This document shows positions 1 through 9,043 of a stretch of DNA of 64,000 nt, piece by piece. The notes under the pieces are model-generated. The model saw only the letters and a program-made list of their open reading frames with translations, was not told where the DNA came from and made no database searches. The translations under genes were made by a program, and so were the position numbers. Source of the DNA: Nocardiaceae bacterium (GTDB lineage: Bacteria > Actinomycetota > Actinomycetes > Mycobacteriales > Mycobacteriaceae); contig JAJFUQ010000066.1 of assembly GCA_021372355.1 (NCBI GenBank), forward strand, positions 962 to 64,961, in the 5' to 3' direction. Within the stretch, counting starts at the first letter, position 1; the number at the start of each line of letters is the position of its first letter.

Positions 1-2
1 TC

Positions 3-995
3 GGTGCCGAGGCTTTCGCGGATTACTTGCGCGGCAGCCGGATCTTCGACGTCCGCTTTGGCGAGCGCGACGGCGAGCAGCACGGTTCGCTTGCCTTCGC
101 GGATGTCATCACCGGAGGGCTTGCCCGTCAGTGCTGGATCGCCGAAGACGCCAAGCAGGTCATCGCGCAGTTGGAAGGCGATGCCGAGGTCGTGCCCGAA
201 CCGGCCATAGGCGGCGATGAGATCGTCATCCGCGCCGGCCAGGGCCGCACCGAGCTGCAGTGGACGCTCGATCGTGTAGGCGGCGGTCTTGTAGCGGCTG
301 ACGCGAAGGGCGGCCTCGACTGTCTCGTCGCCGCGAACCTCTGCTTCGATATCCAGCAGTTGACCCGCGATGACCTCGGTGCGCATGGCCGACCACACCG
401 ATTCGAGGCGAACTCCAGCGTCGGCTTCGACCCCGGATTCGGTCACCATGTCTTCCGACCACGACAAGGCGAGGTCGCCGAGCAGGATCGCGATGCTCTC
501 GCCGTAGCGCGCGCTGTCTCCGGAGAAACCGGCGCGTCGATGACGGCCGGCGTAGTCGACGTGGACAGTGGCCACGCCCCGCCGGGTGAGCGAGGCGTCG
601 ATGATGTCGTCGTGAATCAGCGCGCAGGCGTGCAGAAGTTCGAGTGCCGATGCGACGCCGAACGCGGCGTCCGCGGCCGGGCCGCTCGCCGGGCCGCCCG
701 CGCCGCGGAATCCGAGCCAGGCGAACGCCGGTCGAACCCGCTTGCCGCCCTGCAGCACGTACTGCCGTAACGCCTCTACGACCTCGGGAAATGCGCCGCC
801 GATCGACTCGACGATCGAGGCTCTGGACGCGAAGAACCGCCCGAGTGTCTCCTCGGCGGCGGCCACGATCGATTCCGAGGACGACCCGGTTGGTGCGACC
901 GGGCCATAGGACCCCCAACCCAGTCGAACGGCCCCGTTGTTTTTCGACAGCGCCAAACCTCCGCCTCCGGTTCCGCTTCGATGCCCATGAATCAC
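3..995 (-). CDS. Polyprenyl diphosphate (GGPP) synthase, IdsA2/CrtE-like, 3' end runs off the window
   Basis: Hand translation of the minus strand (not in the ORF track because it lacks a stop) gives GGKRVRPAFAWLG, LELLHACALIHDDIIDASLTRRG, AILLGDLAL, GQLLD and YKTAAYTIERPLQLG. Start uncertain: GTG 995 (TAGAGT 5 nt upstream, leaderless-like), TTG 956 or GTG 866. Confidence 0.9.
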   Translation of the reverse strand, partial: MIHGHRSGTGGGGLALSKNNGAVRLGWGSYGPVAPTGSSSESIVAAAEETLGRFFASRASIVESIGGAFPEVVEALRQYVLQGGKRVRPAFAWLGFRGAGGPASGPAADAAFGVASALELLHACALIHDDIIDASLTRRGVATVHVDYAGRHRRAGFSGDSARYGESIAILLGDLALSWSEDMVTESGVEADAGVRLESVWSAMRTEVIAGQLLDIEAEVRGDETVEAALRVSRYKTAAYTIERPLQLGAALAGADDDLIAAYGRFGHDLGIAFQLRDDLLGVFGDPALTGKPSGDDIREGKRTVLLAVALAKADVEDPAAAQVIRESLGT

Positions 996-1050
996 GTCTC
1001 ACTCTAGTTCGCCGCGCAGGGTCACATCGTGCTGCGCTTATGCTTGCGTG

Positions 1051-2046
1051 GTGACCTTGCACTCTCCCGGTAGCGCGGCTGCGATGAAGAAGCAGTCGGT
1101 GATCGAACGCCTGCGCACTTACCCGCAGGGCGTTCTGCCGTGGTCGGTCGAGTTCTCGCCGCCGAAGGACGCCGAAGGCGAGGCCCGACTGTGGCGCACC
1201 ATCCGGCACTTCGAGCGCATGGATCCGGCGTTCGTGTCGATGACCTACGGTGCCGGCGGCACCACCCGCGACCGGACGCTGCGCATCACCGCCAAGCTTG
1301 CCGAGCAGACCACGTTGCTCCCGGTTGCCCACCTCACCGCGGTCAATCACAGCGTCGCCGAGTTGCGCGCGATCATCGGCGCCTACGCGGCGTCGGGCAT
1401 CACGAATCTGCTCGCCCTGCGCGGTGACCCGCCGGGCGATCCGCTCGGGGAATGGCACAAGCATCCGGAAGGCGTCGAGTACGCCTACGAACTCGTGGCC
1501 CTCCTGCGCCGCCTGGGTGGATTCCACTGTGGCGTCGCCGCGCACCCCGAAGGGCATTACCGTTCGCCCGACTTGGAGTCGGACACCCGCCATTTCGTCG
1601 AGAAGTTGCGCGCGGGTGCCGACTACTCGATCACGCAGGTGTTCTTCGACGTCGAGGACTATCTCCGCATGCGCGACCGGATCGTCGCGTGCGACGCCGA
1701 GCAGGGTGCGAAGCCGATCATTCCGGAGGTCATGCCGATCACGTCGCTGAACTCCGTGCGACGAATGGTCGAGCTCGCGGGCACCGCGCTGCCGCAGGAG
1801 ATGAACGACCGGCTCGCCCGCGCTGCCGGTGACGGCCACGAAGAGGACCGCGCCGCGGTGCGCGAGGAAGGTATCGCGATCGCGACCGAGATGTGCCAGC
1901 GTCTCATCGCCGAGGGCGTGCCGGGAATCCACTTCATCACGCTCAACTTCGCGAAGGCGACGAACGAGGTGCTCACGAACCTCGGCCTCACTGGCCTAGG
2001 TGCGAAGCGATCGGCCACGCCAGGCCAGCTTGCCGCGTCGATGTAG
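1051..2046 (+). CDS. metF: 5,10-methylenetetrahydrofolate reductase
   Basis: SVEFSPPK, FVSMTYGAGG, VAHLT, ALRGDPP, KLRAGADYSITQVFFD and GIHFITLN motifs. TATGCT -10 lies 6 nt before GTG 1051 (leaderless-like). Confidence 0.95.
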   Translation: MTLHSPGSAAAMKKQSVIERLRTYPQGVLPWSVEFSPPKDAEGEARLWRTIRHFERMDPAFVSMTYGAGGTTRDRTLRITAKLAEQTTLLPVAHLTAVNHSVAELRAIIGAYAASGITNLLALRGDPPGDPLGEWHKHPEGVEYAYELVALLRRLGGFHCGVAAHPEGHYRSPDLESDTRHFVEKLRAGADYSITQVFFDVEDYLRMRDRIVACDAEQGAKPIIPEVMPITSLNSVRRMVELAGTALPQEMNDRLARAAGDGHEEDRAAVREEGIAIATEMCQRLIAEGVPGIHFITLNFAKATNEVLTNLGLTGLGAKRSATPGQLAASM

Positions 2047-3141
2047 GTAGTGCGATCGCAGCGTGAGGTAGCCGTACGCCGCGATCGACGCGGGGTGCTT
2101 CGTGGCTTGCTTGAGGTCGACGACCTGTGGATACGTGCGTCGTTCGAGGGCTGAGGCGGCAACGCGCGAACCGATCGCAGCGATTACGCCCACGGTTCCG
2201 GCAGCCCGCACCTTTCCCTTGCCGGCGACCATCGCGACCGGTGGGATGAGGTAGCCGAGGCTCAGTCCACTGAGTACGCCGAGGCTCCCGAACAGTGATC
2301 CGAACTGCGACCACAGCCATTTCGAATAGCCGTCCTGCGCGCTGTCCCAGCCGTCGTACATGCGGCACTGGGCGAGCGATCCGGCCCCGACGAGTTCGGT
2401 TCGGTGGCCGTTTCGGCGCAGCTCACGCGCGATCGCGAGGTCCTCGGTGATCGCACTCGCGACGCTCGCGTGTCCACCGATCTGGCGGTAGGCGCGAGCG
2501 TCGAAAACCAGGAACTGCCCACACGCCACCGCCATCGACGGGCGACGGCTCCGGTTTGCCACCGATACCGGCAGTGTCGAGGCCCACGACCACGCCAACA
2601 GTGGCTGCAGAAGCCGTTCGGCGGGGGATTCGGCCAGTTGCTGGGGCCACGGGGAGATCAGCGCCGCATCCGCGGAACGCAGCGCGCCCACCGCGGCGTT
2701 GATCGCGTGCGGTTCGAGGCGAACGTCGGCGTCGATGAAGACCAAGATCGAGGCGTCGTCGGCGAACTGGGCCAACTCATGGCATGCGGCCGACTTGCCG
2801 AGCCAACCCGGCAGCGGATCACCGGTCTGGCGATGGACTTGAAACCGGTCATCGTCGCGACAGGCTGATACGGCGGCGTCGAAGGTCCCGTCTGAGGAGT
2901 CGTCATCGAGAATCACGACCGACATCTCCGGGACGCCGATCTGCGCCTTCAGATCGGCGATGAGATGCGGAATCTCGCGCGCTTGATTCCGTGCCGGAAT
3001 GAGAACGGCCACGTTCTCGGCCGATTCCCCGGTCGGGTCGAGGAATCGGAACGCGCGCAGGTTGTGCACGGCAATGACAGCCCCGCTGACTGCGAGGGAC
3101 GCTCCGGCTGCCGCAATCGGGAAGCCGAACCGCTTGGCCAT
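1996..3141 (-). CDS. GT2 glycosyltransferase, carotenoid glycosyltransferase (CruC-like)
   Basis: LIPARNQA, LDDDSSDGT, GWLGKSAAC, FIDADVRL, ACGQFLVF and ITEDLAIAR motifs. ATG 3141 lies 1 nt after the lppM stop. The carotenoid context is inference. Confidence 0.8.
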   Translation of the reverse strand: MAKRFGFPIAAAGASLAVSGAVIAVHNLRAFRFLDPTGESAENVAVLIPARNQAREIPHLIADLKAQIGVPEMSVVILDDDSSDGTFDAAVSACRDDDRFQVHRQTGDPLPGWLGKSAACHELAQFADDASILVFIDADVRLEPHAINAAVGALRSADAALISPWPQQLAESPAERLLQPLLAWSWASTLPVSVANRSRRPSMAVACGQFLVFDARAYRQIGGHASVASAITEDLAIARELRRNGHRTELVGAGSLAQCRMYDGWDSAQDGYSKWLWSQFGSLFGSLGVLSGLSLGYLIPPVAMVAGKGKVRAAGTVGVIAAIGSRVAASALERRTYPQVVDLKQATKHPASIAAYGYLTLRSHYLHRRGKLAWRGRSLRT

Positions 3142-3142
3142 A

Positions 3143-4000
3143 TCAGGAGCCTTGGTCGCTGGATGCGGGTTGCTTGTCGTCGGCTGTTTTCGCCGACTCG
3201 GACTTCTCGGATTTGCGCCCAAACTTCGGGACGTTCGGAAGTTTCGGCATCTTCGGGAAATTGGGCATTTTCTTCTCGCGCAGACGCTGGACCGCACGTT
3301 CGGCAGCAGCCGCGGCGGCACCCGCCGCCTGCGGGCTCCGCGTCAGGAACGCCATCGCGCCGATGACGAGAGCGACACCGAGGGCGACGCCGCCGACGAT
3401 TCCTGCCCACCCGGCGAAGCTGCGCGTGTTCGGGTCGGTGTACCGAACCTCGGCCCGGACCGTGTTGACCTCGCCGGGGGTGAACCGCCAGCTGACGACC
3501 GAGTCGCTGACGCGCGTTCCGTTCGTCGTCGAGATGCGAGCCGGGAAGGCCATCGTGAACGTGACGTCCGTGCCTTCTTCGGGCAAGCCCTTGAGATCGA
3601 CCGAGCCGTCGAGCGCGACGAGATCGCCAGCGCGCACGAGCTTGAGCTCGAACTTTCCGGCGGCGTCGTCCGACATCGCCTTGAGGTCGGACAGTTCGCC
3701 GAAGTTGAGGTCGCTGAAGATCACCTGGCTGCCGACCATGCCGTCGCGGTTGTACGCCTGCACGTGCAGGCGGTCACCGAGGGTCGACGGCTCTTTGAGC
3801 TGCGGCCCCTTGTCCTTGTCGTTCTTGGGTTCGGAGGCGACCACGATCTGACCGGAAACCCGGTCGTTGTCGGACACGGCCATCGAGACCTGGACCCGCA
3901 GGCATGCGCTCAGGAAGGGCATGGCGAGTAGCAGCAGGATCGCGATCGGCCACGCACGGTGACGGAATGACCGTGACTCGGACGGCGGGACTGATGTCAT
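3143..4000 (-). CDS. lppM: LppM-family lipoprotein (DUF3153-like)
   Basis: Signal peptide with lipobox FLSAC, then LRVQVSMAVSDNDRVSGQIVVA, a C-terminal TM helix and a basic tail. Position matches the mycobacterial GNAT-lppM neighbourhood. Confidence 0.8.
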   Translation of the reverse strand: MTSVPPSESRSFRHRAWPIAILLLLAMPFLSACLRVQVSMAVSDNDRVSGQIVVASEPKNDKDKGPQLKEPSTLGDRLHVQAYNRDGMVGSQVIFSDLNFGELSDLKAMSDDAAGKFELKLVRAGDLVALDGSVDLKGLPEEGTDVTFTMAFPARISTTNGTRVSDSVVSWRFTPGEVNTVRAEVRYTDPNTRSFAGWAGIVGGVALGVALVIGAMAFLTRSPQAAGAAAAAAERAVQRLREKKMPNFPKMPKLPNVPKFGRKSEKSESAKTADDKQPASSDQGS

Positions 4001-4031
4001 TGCAGACAGCACAGCGAACATCGTGCCAGTC

Positions 4032-4826
4032 TCAGCGCCGCAAGTCGTCGGCCGACGCCCGCGTCGCGGGGAAAAGTCTGGTCCGTGTCCACATCGCAGC
4101 GGGAATTCCCAGGATGGCCATCCCGACGAATCCGTAGGCCGCGGTCTTCCGCAGGCTCGGGTCGAGGAAAACGAGGTGCGCCGTCGCGGATCCGATCCAG
4201 GTCCAGAGGTAGGCGATGACCGGAATCATCGGCATCTCCGGTTCGGCAGTAGCGTCAGTGACGAATTCGAGGGCGACTGCCATGACCAGCGCGACGCCGA
4301 GCCAACCGGCGTAGTTGGTGAACGGAATCGTTCCCATACCGGGCACGACGACTTGGCCGGGGCACCACGTCCAGTAACCTTCGACGACCATCTGCGGGTC
4401 GAGGTAGAGGTCCCACGAGGTAACGCCCACCGCGACGGCGGCGATCCGCAGTACTCGCGACCGGACCAGCAGTCGGGCGACGATCCATACCGGGTATACG
4501 CCGCCGATCCAGGCCAGGGGGATCAGGAGCGGGACGTCGAAAAGGAGTGGGCCGAGCCGATCGGGCGAGTAGGAGTAGCAGCCGAACGGGAACCCGGTGG
4601 CGGTGCCGAGCACTTCTGCGGCGTAGCCGATTCCACCCACGGTCAGCGCGTAGCGGAGTGCGGTCGCGTGACCGCTGCTGACGATGGCGTGCGTGAGTCC
4701 AGCGGTCGCAGACGCGACCACGACGACGATACAGACGACATCCCGGACCGAGCCGTGCGTGAGCGGGTAGACGATCTGCACCCCGATCGTGTAGGCGAGC
4801 GCGACCGCCGGTGCGTTGCGATTCAT
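4032..4826 (-). CDS. Carotenoid biosynthesis membrane protein (CruF/DUF422-like 1,2-hydratase)
   Basis: Polytopic, with AEVLGTATGFPFGCYSY, VPLLIPLAW, WDLYLDPQMV and IPFTNYAGW motifs. ATG overlaps the upstream stop (ATGA). Confidence 0.8.
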   Translation of the reverse strand: MNRNAPAVALAYTIGVQIVYPLTHGSVRDVVCIVVVVASATAGLTHAIVSSGHATALRYALTVGGIGYAAEVLGTATGFPFGCYSYSPDRLGPLLFDVPLLIPLAWIGGVYPVWIVARLLVRSRVLRIAAVAVGVTSWDLYLDPQMVVEGYWTWCPGQVVVPGMGTIPFTNYAGWLGVALVMAVALEFVTDATAEPEMPMIPVIAYLWTWIGSATAHLVFLDPSLRKTAAYGFVGMAILGIPAAMWTRTRLFPATRASADDLRR

Positions 4827-6388
4827 CGCCGGCCCCGGAACGGATTGCGGCGGTCGGCAAGGATTGTCCGCGCAGCAGACCGTCCGCTGGCGCCATGGAC
4901 GCCGCCACCGGGATGCGTCGATGCGCCCGTCAGGTACAGGCCCGGTGCGCCCGCGACCCGGTAGCGCGCGAGCTCGGGAGTCGGGCGCCACATGAACATG
5001 TTGGCCAGCGACATTTCGACGTGCATGACGTTGCCGCCGATCAGCCCCATCTCGTCGGACAGGGCAGTCGGAGTCTGCACGTAGCGGTGGGTGATCGACT
5101 CGGTCAGGCCGGGCGCGAAGCGTTCGGCTTCGGCGACGATGCAGTCGGCCGCCTCCGCACCGACGTCGGCCCAGCTACGTCCGTTGCTCAATTCGAAGGG
5201 ATGCCACTGCGCCCACAGCGTCAGTTGATGTTGGCCGGGCGGGGCAGTCGACGGGTCGAGCGCGGTGAAGCTCATTCCGAGCACGGCGGGCGTCGGCGGG
5301 AGTTCGCTTGCACTGGCCGCGCCGTGCGCAGCCTCGAGCTGCCGTCGGTCGTTGACGAGAAGCTGCAGACCCGTAGCGGAAAGGGTTTGAGGGACAGACG
5401 GATACGTCGGGAGGGCGGACGTGGCGAGGCGAACGACCATGCCGATCCCGGGGCCGACGTGAATCTGTTTGCGCCACCGGCTGAGCGCGTCGGGGTCGAA
5501 ACCTCCGCGTTCGAGCAGGTCGAGTGTGGTGAGGATGTGGCAGCCAGCCACGACCCGGCGCGCCCGGATCGTCGAGCCCGCGGTACGGACTTCCCACGTC
5601 GATCCGGTCCGGGTGATCGACTCGACCGCGTCGCCGGTCGTGATGAGGCCGCCGTCGGCACGGATACGTCCCGCCAACGCTTGCGTGAGGGCACCGCTGC
5701 CCCCGATCGCGCGTCCCGGTGGGAGCGTGTGCATGAGTGCGGCGAATCCGACCATCGGTGCGGTGCCGGGCTCGGACATCGGAGGGCCGGATTGGGCGCC
5801 GAACCAGGCGAGCGCTGCCTTGAGCCGCTCGTCCGTGAAGTACTCGTCGAGCAGTGCGTTTCCCGACGAGAGGAACTGGCGCGACAGTTCGTCGGCGGTC
5901 TTGCGATTGGCGAGCCCCCAGAACGACCGGACGAGATGACCGGGGGTCGGAGCCGCCGCGAAAGCGCGCATGACGCGCTCGCTGCGCGGTCCCCACACGC
6001 GGACGAACCGGCGGTAGGCATCGGCGTCGCGAGCGCCACACGCGGCAGCGATCGAGGCGCAGGTGGCGTCGAGGTCGCGGTGGAAGACGATGGCCGGAGC
6101 CGGCGTCGCGGCGGGTGCTGGTGCGATCGCCCAGGGATCGCAGTCCACGTAGGACAGACCGTGCGCTCCGAGATCGAGCTCGTCGATGATGCCGGTGTGC
6201 CGGATCATGAGGTGCGCCGAGGAACCGCGGTCGATGAAGTGGCCGGAGAATCGCTCCACCGTGGACACAGCGCCGCCGATGACGGTGTCGCGTTCGACGA
6301 CATGGACGCTCATACCCGCGCGCGCGAGATATGCGGCAGCGACGAGGGCGTTGTGCCCCGACCCGACGATCGCGACGTCGACCGTCAC
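4823..6388 (-). CDS. Phytoene desaturase-family FAD oxidoreductase, CrtO (carotene ketolase)-like
   Basis: DVAIVGSGHNALVAAAYLA Rossmann motif, GGAVST, GGNVMHVEMS and LYLTGASTHPGGGVHGASG. GTGA overlap with the GNAT stop. CrtO versus another CrtI-family activity is not resolved. Confidence 0.75.
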   Translation of the reverse strand: MTVDVAIVGSGHNALVAAAYLARAGMSVHVVERDTVIGGAVSTVERFSGHFIDRGSSAHLMIRHTGIIDELDLGAHGLSYVDCDPWAIAPAPAATPAPAIVFHRDLDATCASIAAACGARDADAYRRFVRVWGPRSERVMRAFAAAPTPGHLVRSFWGLANRKTADELSRQFLSSGNALLDEYFTDERLKAALAWFGAQSGPPMSEPGTAPMVGFAALMHTLPPGRAIGGSGALTQALAGRIRADGGLITTGDAVESITRTGSTWEVRTAGSTIRARRVVAGCHILTTLDLLERGGFDPDALSRWRKQIHVGPGIGMVVRLATSALPTYPSVPQTLSATGLQLLVNDRRQLEAAHGAASASELPPTPAVLGMSFTALDPSTAPPGQHQLTLWAQWHPFELSNGRSWADVGAEAADCIVAEAERFAPGLTESITHRYVQTPTALSDEMGLIGGNVMHVEMSLANMFMWRPTPELARYRVAGAPGLYLTGASTHPGGGVHGASGRSAARTILADRRNPFRGRR

Positions 6389-7002
6389 GCGTGTCGTCCC
6401 TCGTCGGCGTGTAGGGGCAGTGCGCGACCGAGGACCGCGAACGGGCGCGAGTCGCCGGTGAACGTGAAATGGCGGACGACATCGTGGAATCCGAGTCGCC
6501 GGTACAGGTGCCACGCGCGATTCGATTCGCCGGGGACCTCGGGGGTCGAGAGCAGGACGGCGTGTTCGGGTCGGTTGCGCAGTAGATGGCGCAGCAGTGC
6601 TTCGCCGAACCCCTGCCCTTGTTCATCGGGCCGGACGTGCAGTTCGGTGAGTTCGAAGTAGTTGCTGAGAAGGTTCTTGATCTGCGCTTCGGGCCAGCCG
6701 CCCGCGCGCATACCGTGCCGGACCTGCTCCTGCCACCATTGCTGGGCCTCGCCGCGGTATCCATACGCAACGCCCGCAAGGTGCTGGCGACCCTCGCGAC
6801 TGACGACCACTGCCGCGGCCTGCCAGCCGCGCCGGGTGGTGTGCTCGGTCCACATCGGCGCGCGGCTGCGTTCGGTGCCGCGGGGATAGTTCATCGCTTG
6901 GACGTAGATGTTGAGAGCTTCGGGAAGGTTGCGGCGGAAGTCGCCCGCGGTGAGGTCCACCAGCGTCGGCCGGGGAGCCTGGCCTGTGTCGACTGTTCTC
7001 AC
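6385..7002 (-). CDS. GNAT N-acetyltransferase (Rv2170-like)
   Basis: ELTELHVRPDEQGQGFGEALL acetyl-CoA motif, VLLSTPE and AWHLYRRLGF. Start approximate. Confidence 0.85.
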   Translation of the reverse strand: MRTVDTGQAPRPTLVDLTAGDFRRNLPEALNIYVQAMNYPRGTERSRAPMWTEHTTRRGWQAAAVVVSREGRQHLAGVAYGYRGEAQQWWQEQVRHGMRAGGWPEAQIKNLLSNYFELTELHVRPDEQGQGFGEALLRHLLRNRPEHAVLLSTPEVPGESNRAWHLYRRLGFHDVVRHFTFTGDSRPFAVLGRALPLHADEGRHA

Positions 7003-7168
7003 CTCTTCGCGAATGAACTTGTCGGAGGGTACGGCTATATTCAAGCGGTCGAATGGATGTTCGACTCCCATTGGGTGAAACGGTGTGCTGGTGGCGTACG
7101 AGGGAAGCGGACGCCGCCAGTACATCTCACCCCTTGGGCGGCAGTGTTATCAGCCGATCGGAGGCAGA

Positions 7169-7636
7169 ATGTCCGGCGAGATGAGCCGTTTCCACCGAGG
7201 AGAGAACCCGAAGGCGTGGCTCGAGCGAGCAGATCGCCTGCTGATCGAAGCGAACGGTGAGACCGAACCCGCTGACCGTTTTCTCACGGCCTATCTATCG
7301 GCGCTGCGTGGTGCCGCGGCAGTGATCGCGCAAGTGGTGCCGGCGCCCTCTTCGCGGCGTCGCCGCGGGACTGGCGGCGCCTGGGCGACCATGGCCCGGC
7401 TTGCTCCCGAGTTCACAATGTGGGCCGATTATTTCGCCGAGTATTCGCCGTTGCGTGCCGCGATCATGTCAGGTGTGTCACGTCCGATGTCGGCCCAGCG
7501 GGCCGACGAGTTCTCCGCTCGGGTGACGGCGTTTCTGCATGACGTTGAAGATCATTTAGGGGAAAGCGCCCGTCTAGCTGGAGATCACGCATGGTCGACC
7601 ACTCCAAACGCGATCTCGCGGGGACTCACGGCGTAG
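7169..7636 (+). CDS. SAV_6107-family HEPN domain protein
   Basis: RFLTAYLSALRGAAAV, AWATMARLAPEFTMWADYF and RADEF pattern. GGAGG RBS before ATG 7169. Usual position upstream of DUF3040/mraZ. Confidence 0.7.
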   Translation: MSGEMSRFHRGENPKAWLERADRLLIEANGETEPADRFLTAYLSALRGAAAVIAQVVPAPSSRRRRGTGGAWATMARLAPEFTMWADYFAEYSPLRAAIMSGVSRPMSAQRADEFSARVTAFLHDVEDHLGESARLAGDHAWSTTPNAISRGLTA

Positions 7637-7794
7637 TTACCGGGGATTTCTGCAGTAGATCGCTATTATGCGAGTTCTCTCAAGTCTGGTGGCCGCGAGG
7701 CGGTTCTGCTTCTATCATTGGGAACAGGTAGCCGATTGGGCTACTCGTCAGCCTGCAAAGGTGACGACCAGTGACGAGTGCCGGAGGAGGGACC

Positions 7795-8229
7795 GTGCCA
7801 CTCTCCGAGCACGAGCAGCGCATGCTCGAGCAGATTGAAAGTGCGCTCTACGCCGAAGACCCCAAGTTCGCCTCGACTGTGCGAACCGGTCACGTTCGTG
7901 GCGTGTCCAATCGACGTCGGACGCAGGCTGCGGCGTTGTTCGCTCTGGGTCTCGTGATGCTCTTTGCGGGAATGTTCCTCTTCATGGTGAAGGTCGGAAT
8001 CATCTCGCTGGCAGTGAGCCTTACCGGCTTTGGACTGATGTTCGGTGCGGGTGTGATGTTGCTGCGTGGCAGCCCGGTAAAAGCAGTTCCCGACGGTCGC
8101 AATAGCGCTTCAGGGCCTTCGCGAGCCGCCGGGCCACATGGATCATCACGTCCTCGGCAGTCTCGGCGCCAAGCCGGATTCTCGGCCCGCATGGAAGATC
8201 GCTTCCGTCGTCGTTTCGACCAGCCGTAG
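7795..8229 (+). CDS. DUF3040 membrane protein (Rv2169c-like)
   Basis: PLSEHEQRMLEQIESALYAEDPKFASTV, two TM helices, and RMEDRFRRRFD at the end. Strong GGAGGAGG RBS. Confidence 0.9.
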   Translation: MPLSEHEQRMLEQIESALYAEDPKFASTVRTGHVRGVSNRRRTQAAALFALGLVMLFAGMFLFMVKVGIISLAVSLTGFGLMFGAGVMLLRGSPVKAVPDGRNSASGPSRAAGPHGSSRPRQSRRQAGFSARMEDRFRRRFDQP

Positions 8230-8245
8230 ACAACTGAAGAATTGA

Positions 8246-8276
8246 AAAAGCCCGCATCCAGTGGATGCGGGCTTTT
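8246..8276. terminator. Intrinsic terminator, potentially bidirectional
   Basis: AAAAGCCCGCATCC-agt-GGATGCGGGCTTTT, a perfect 14-bp stem immediately after the DUF3040 gene. Confidence 0.85.
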
Positions 8277-8298
8277 GCTTTGTCGCGGTGTCCGGCTG

Positions 8299-8369
8299 CC
8301 CCACTGCGCCCCACTGGCCGCCGCTCAAGTCCCCACCTTGCCCCACCGCCGTTCCCCACCTTCACCCAC
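8299..8369 (-). promoter_or_regulatory. Inverted array of MraZ-type GTGGGG boxes
   Basis: CCCCAC at 8299, 8309, 8331, 8341 and 8354, plus ACCCAC at 8364: three pairs with 10-bp spacing. Confidence 0.6.
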
Positions 8370-8557
8370 TTGACACCATTTCGTGTCCGTCGCCTGCTGA
8401 CCACTTCGTAAACGCGCAGGTAGAGATGGGGGAGTGACTGCCCTGGGCGCCGCTCATCTCTCGGTATCGGCCACTCGGCCGCCCAAATCCCGAAACCGCT
8501 CAGACCTGCGAATTCAGCTCGAAAAAACTTTCACCGAGTTCCGCGTGCCGCCAACGT

Positions 8558-8583
8558 GTGGAGGAAAGTGGGGTAAAGTGGGG
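8558..8583 (+). promoter_or_regulatory. MraZ binding site (three GTGG[A/G]G boxes, 10-bp period)
   Basis: GTGGAG 8558, GTGGGG 8568 and GTGGGG 8578, 40 nt upstream of mraZ. Matches the known GTGGG-repeat MraZ operator. Confidence 0.85.
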
Positions 8584-8622
8584 CGCATTGGAGAGCAAGG
8601 GTGAATTGAGCGGGGGTGCCGA

Positions 8623-9039
8623 GTGTTTGTCGGTACTTTCACGCCCAAGCTCGACGACAAGGGGCGGCTCACGTTGCCCGCGAAGTTCCGGGACGCTGTG
8701 GCGGGAGGCATGATGGTCACGAAAGGCCAGGATCACTGCCTTTCGGTCTATCCGCCGGCAGAGTTCGAGCAGGTCTTGGCCAAGATCGCGGCCAAGGCGG
8801 GCGATACCCCCAAGGGGCGCGCTTTCCTGCGGATCTTCTCGGGTGCATCAGATGAGCAGCGCCCGGATGCGCAGGGTCGAATCACGATCAACCCTGGTCA
8901 CCGGGAGTACGCCGGACTCACGAAAGAGTGCCTCGTCGTCGGCGCCTACAAGCACTTCGAAATCTGGGACAAGGAACGCTACGAGGAATACCTCGCAGCG
9001 AACGAAGACGACTACTCCGAGGTGAGTGGCATCTTCTAG
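8623..9039 (+). CDS. mraZ: Division/cell wall cluster transcriptional repressor MraZ
   Basis: [23 protein letters not shown] and DAQGRITI (two SpoVT-AbrB DxxGR motifs). First gene of the dcw cluster. Confidence 0.97.
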   Translation: MFVGTFTPKLDDKGRLTLPAKFRDAVAGGMMVTKGQDHCLSVYPPAEFEQVLAKIAAKAGDTPKGRAFLRIFSGASDEQRPDAQGRITINPGHREYAGLTKECLVVGAYKHFEIWDKERYEEYLAANEDDYSEVSGIF

Positions 9040-9043
9040 GCCC

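Noticed and set aside
226-1932. 568-aa minus-strand ORF and other long antisense ORFs (11071-14364, 48624-51206, 28494-30278, 36291-37979)
   Set aside because: These are shadow ORFs opposite well-supported genes. They are Arg/Gly-rich, carry no motifs, and are expected in high-GC DNA with biased third positions.
8299-8369. CRISPR-like or telomere-like/G-quadruplex repeat
   Set aside because: The units are only 6 bp with 4-16 nt spacers and there are no cas genes. The MraZ operator explanation fits the sequence and position.
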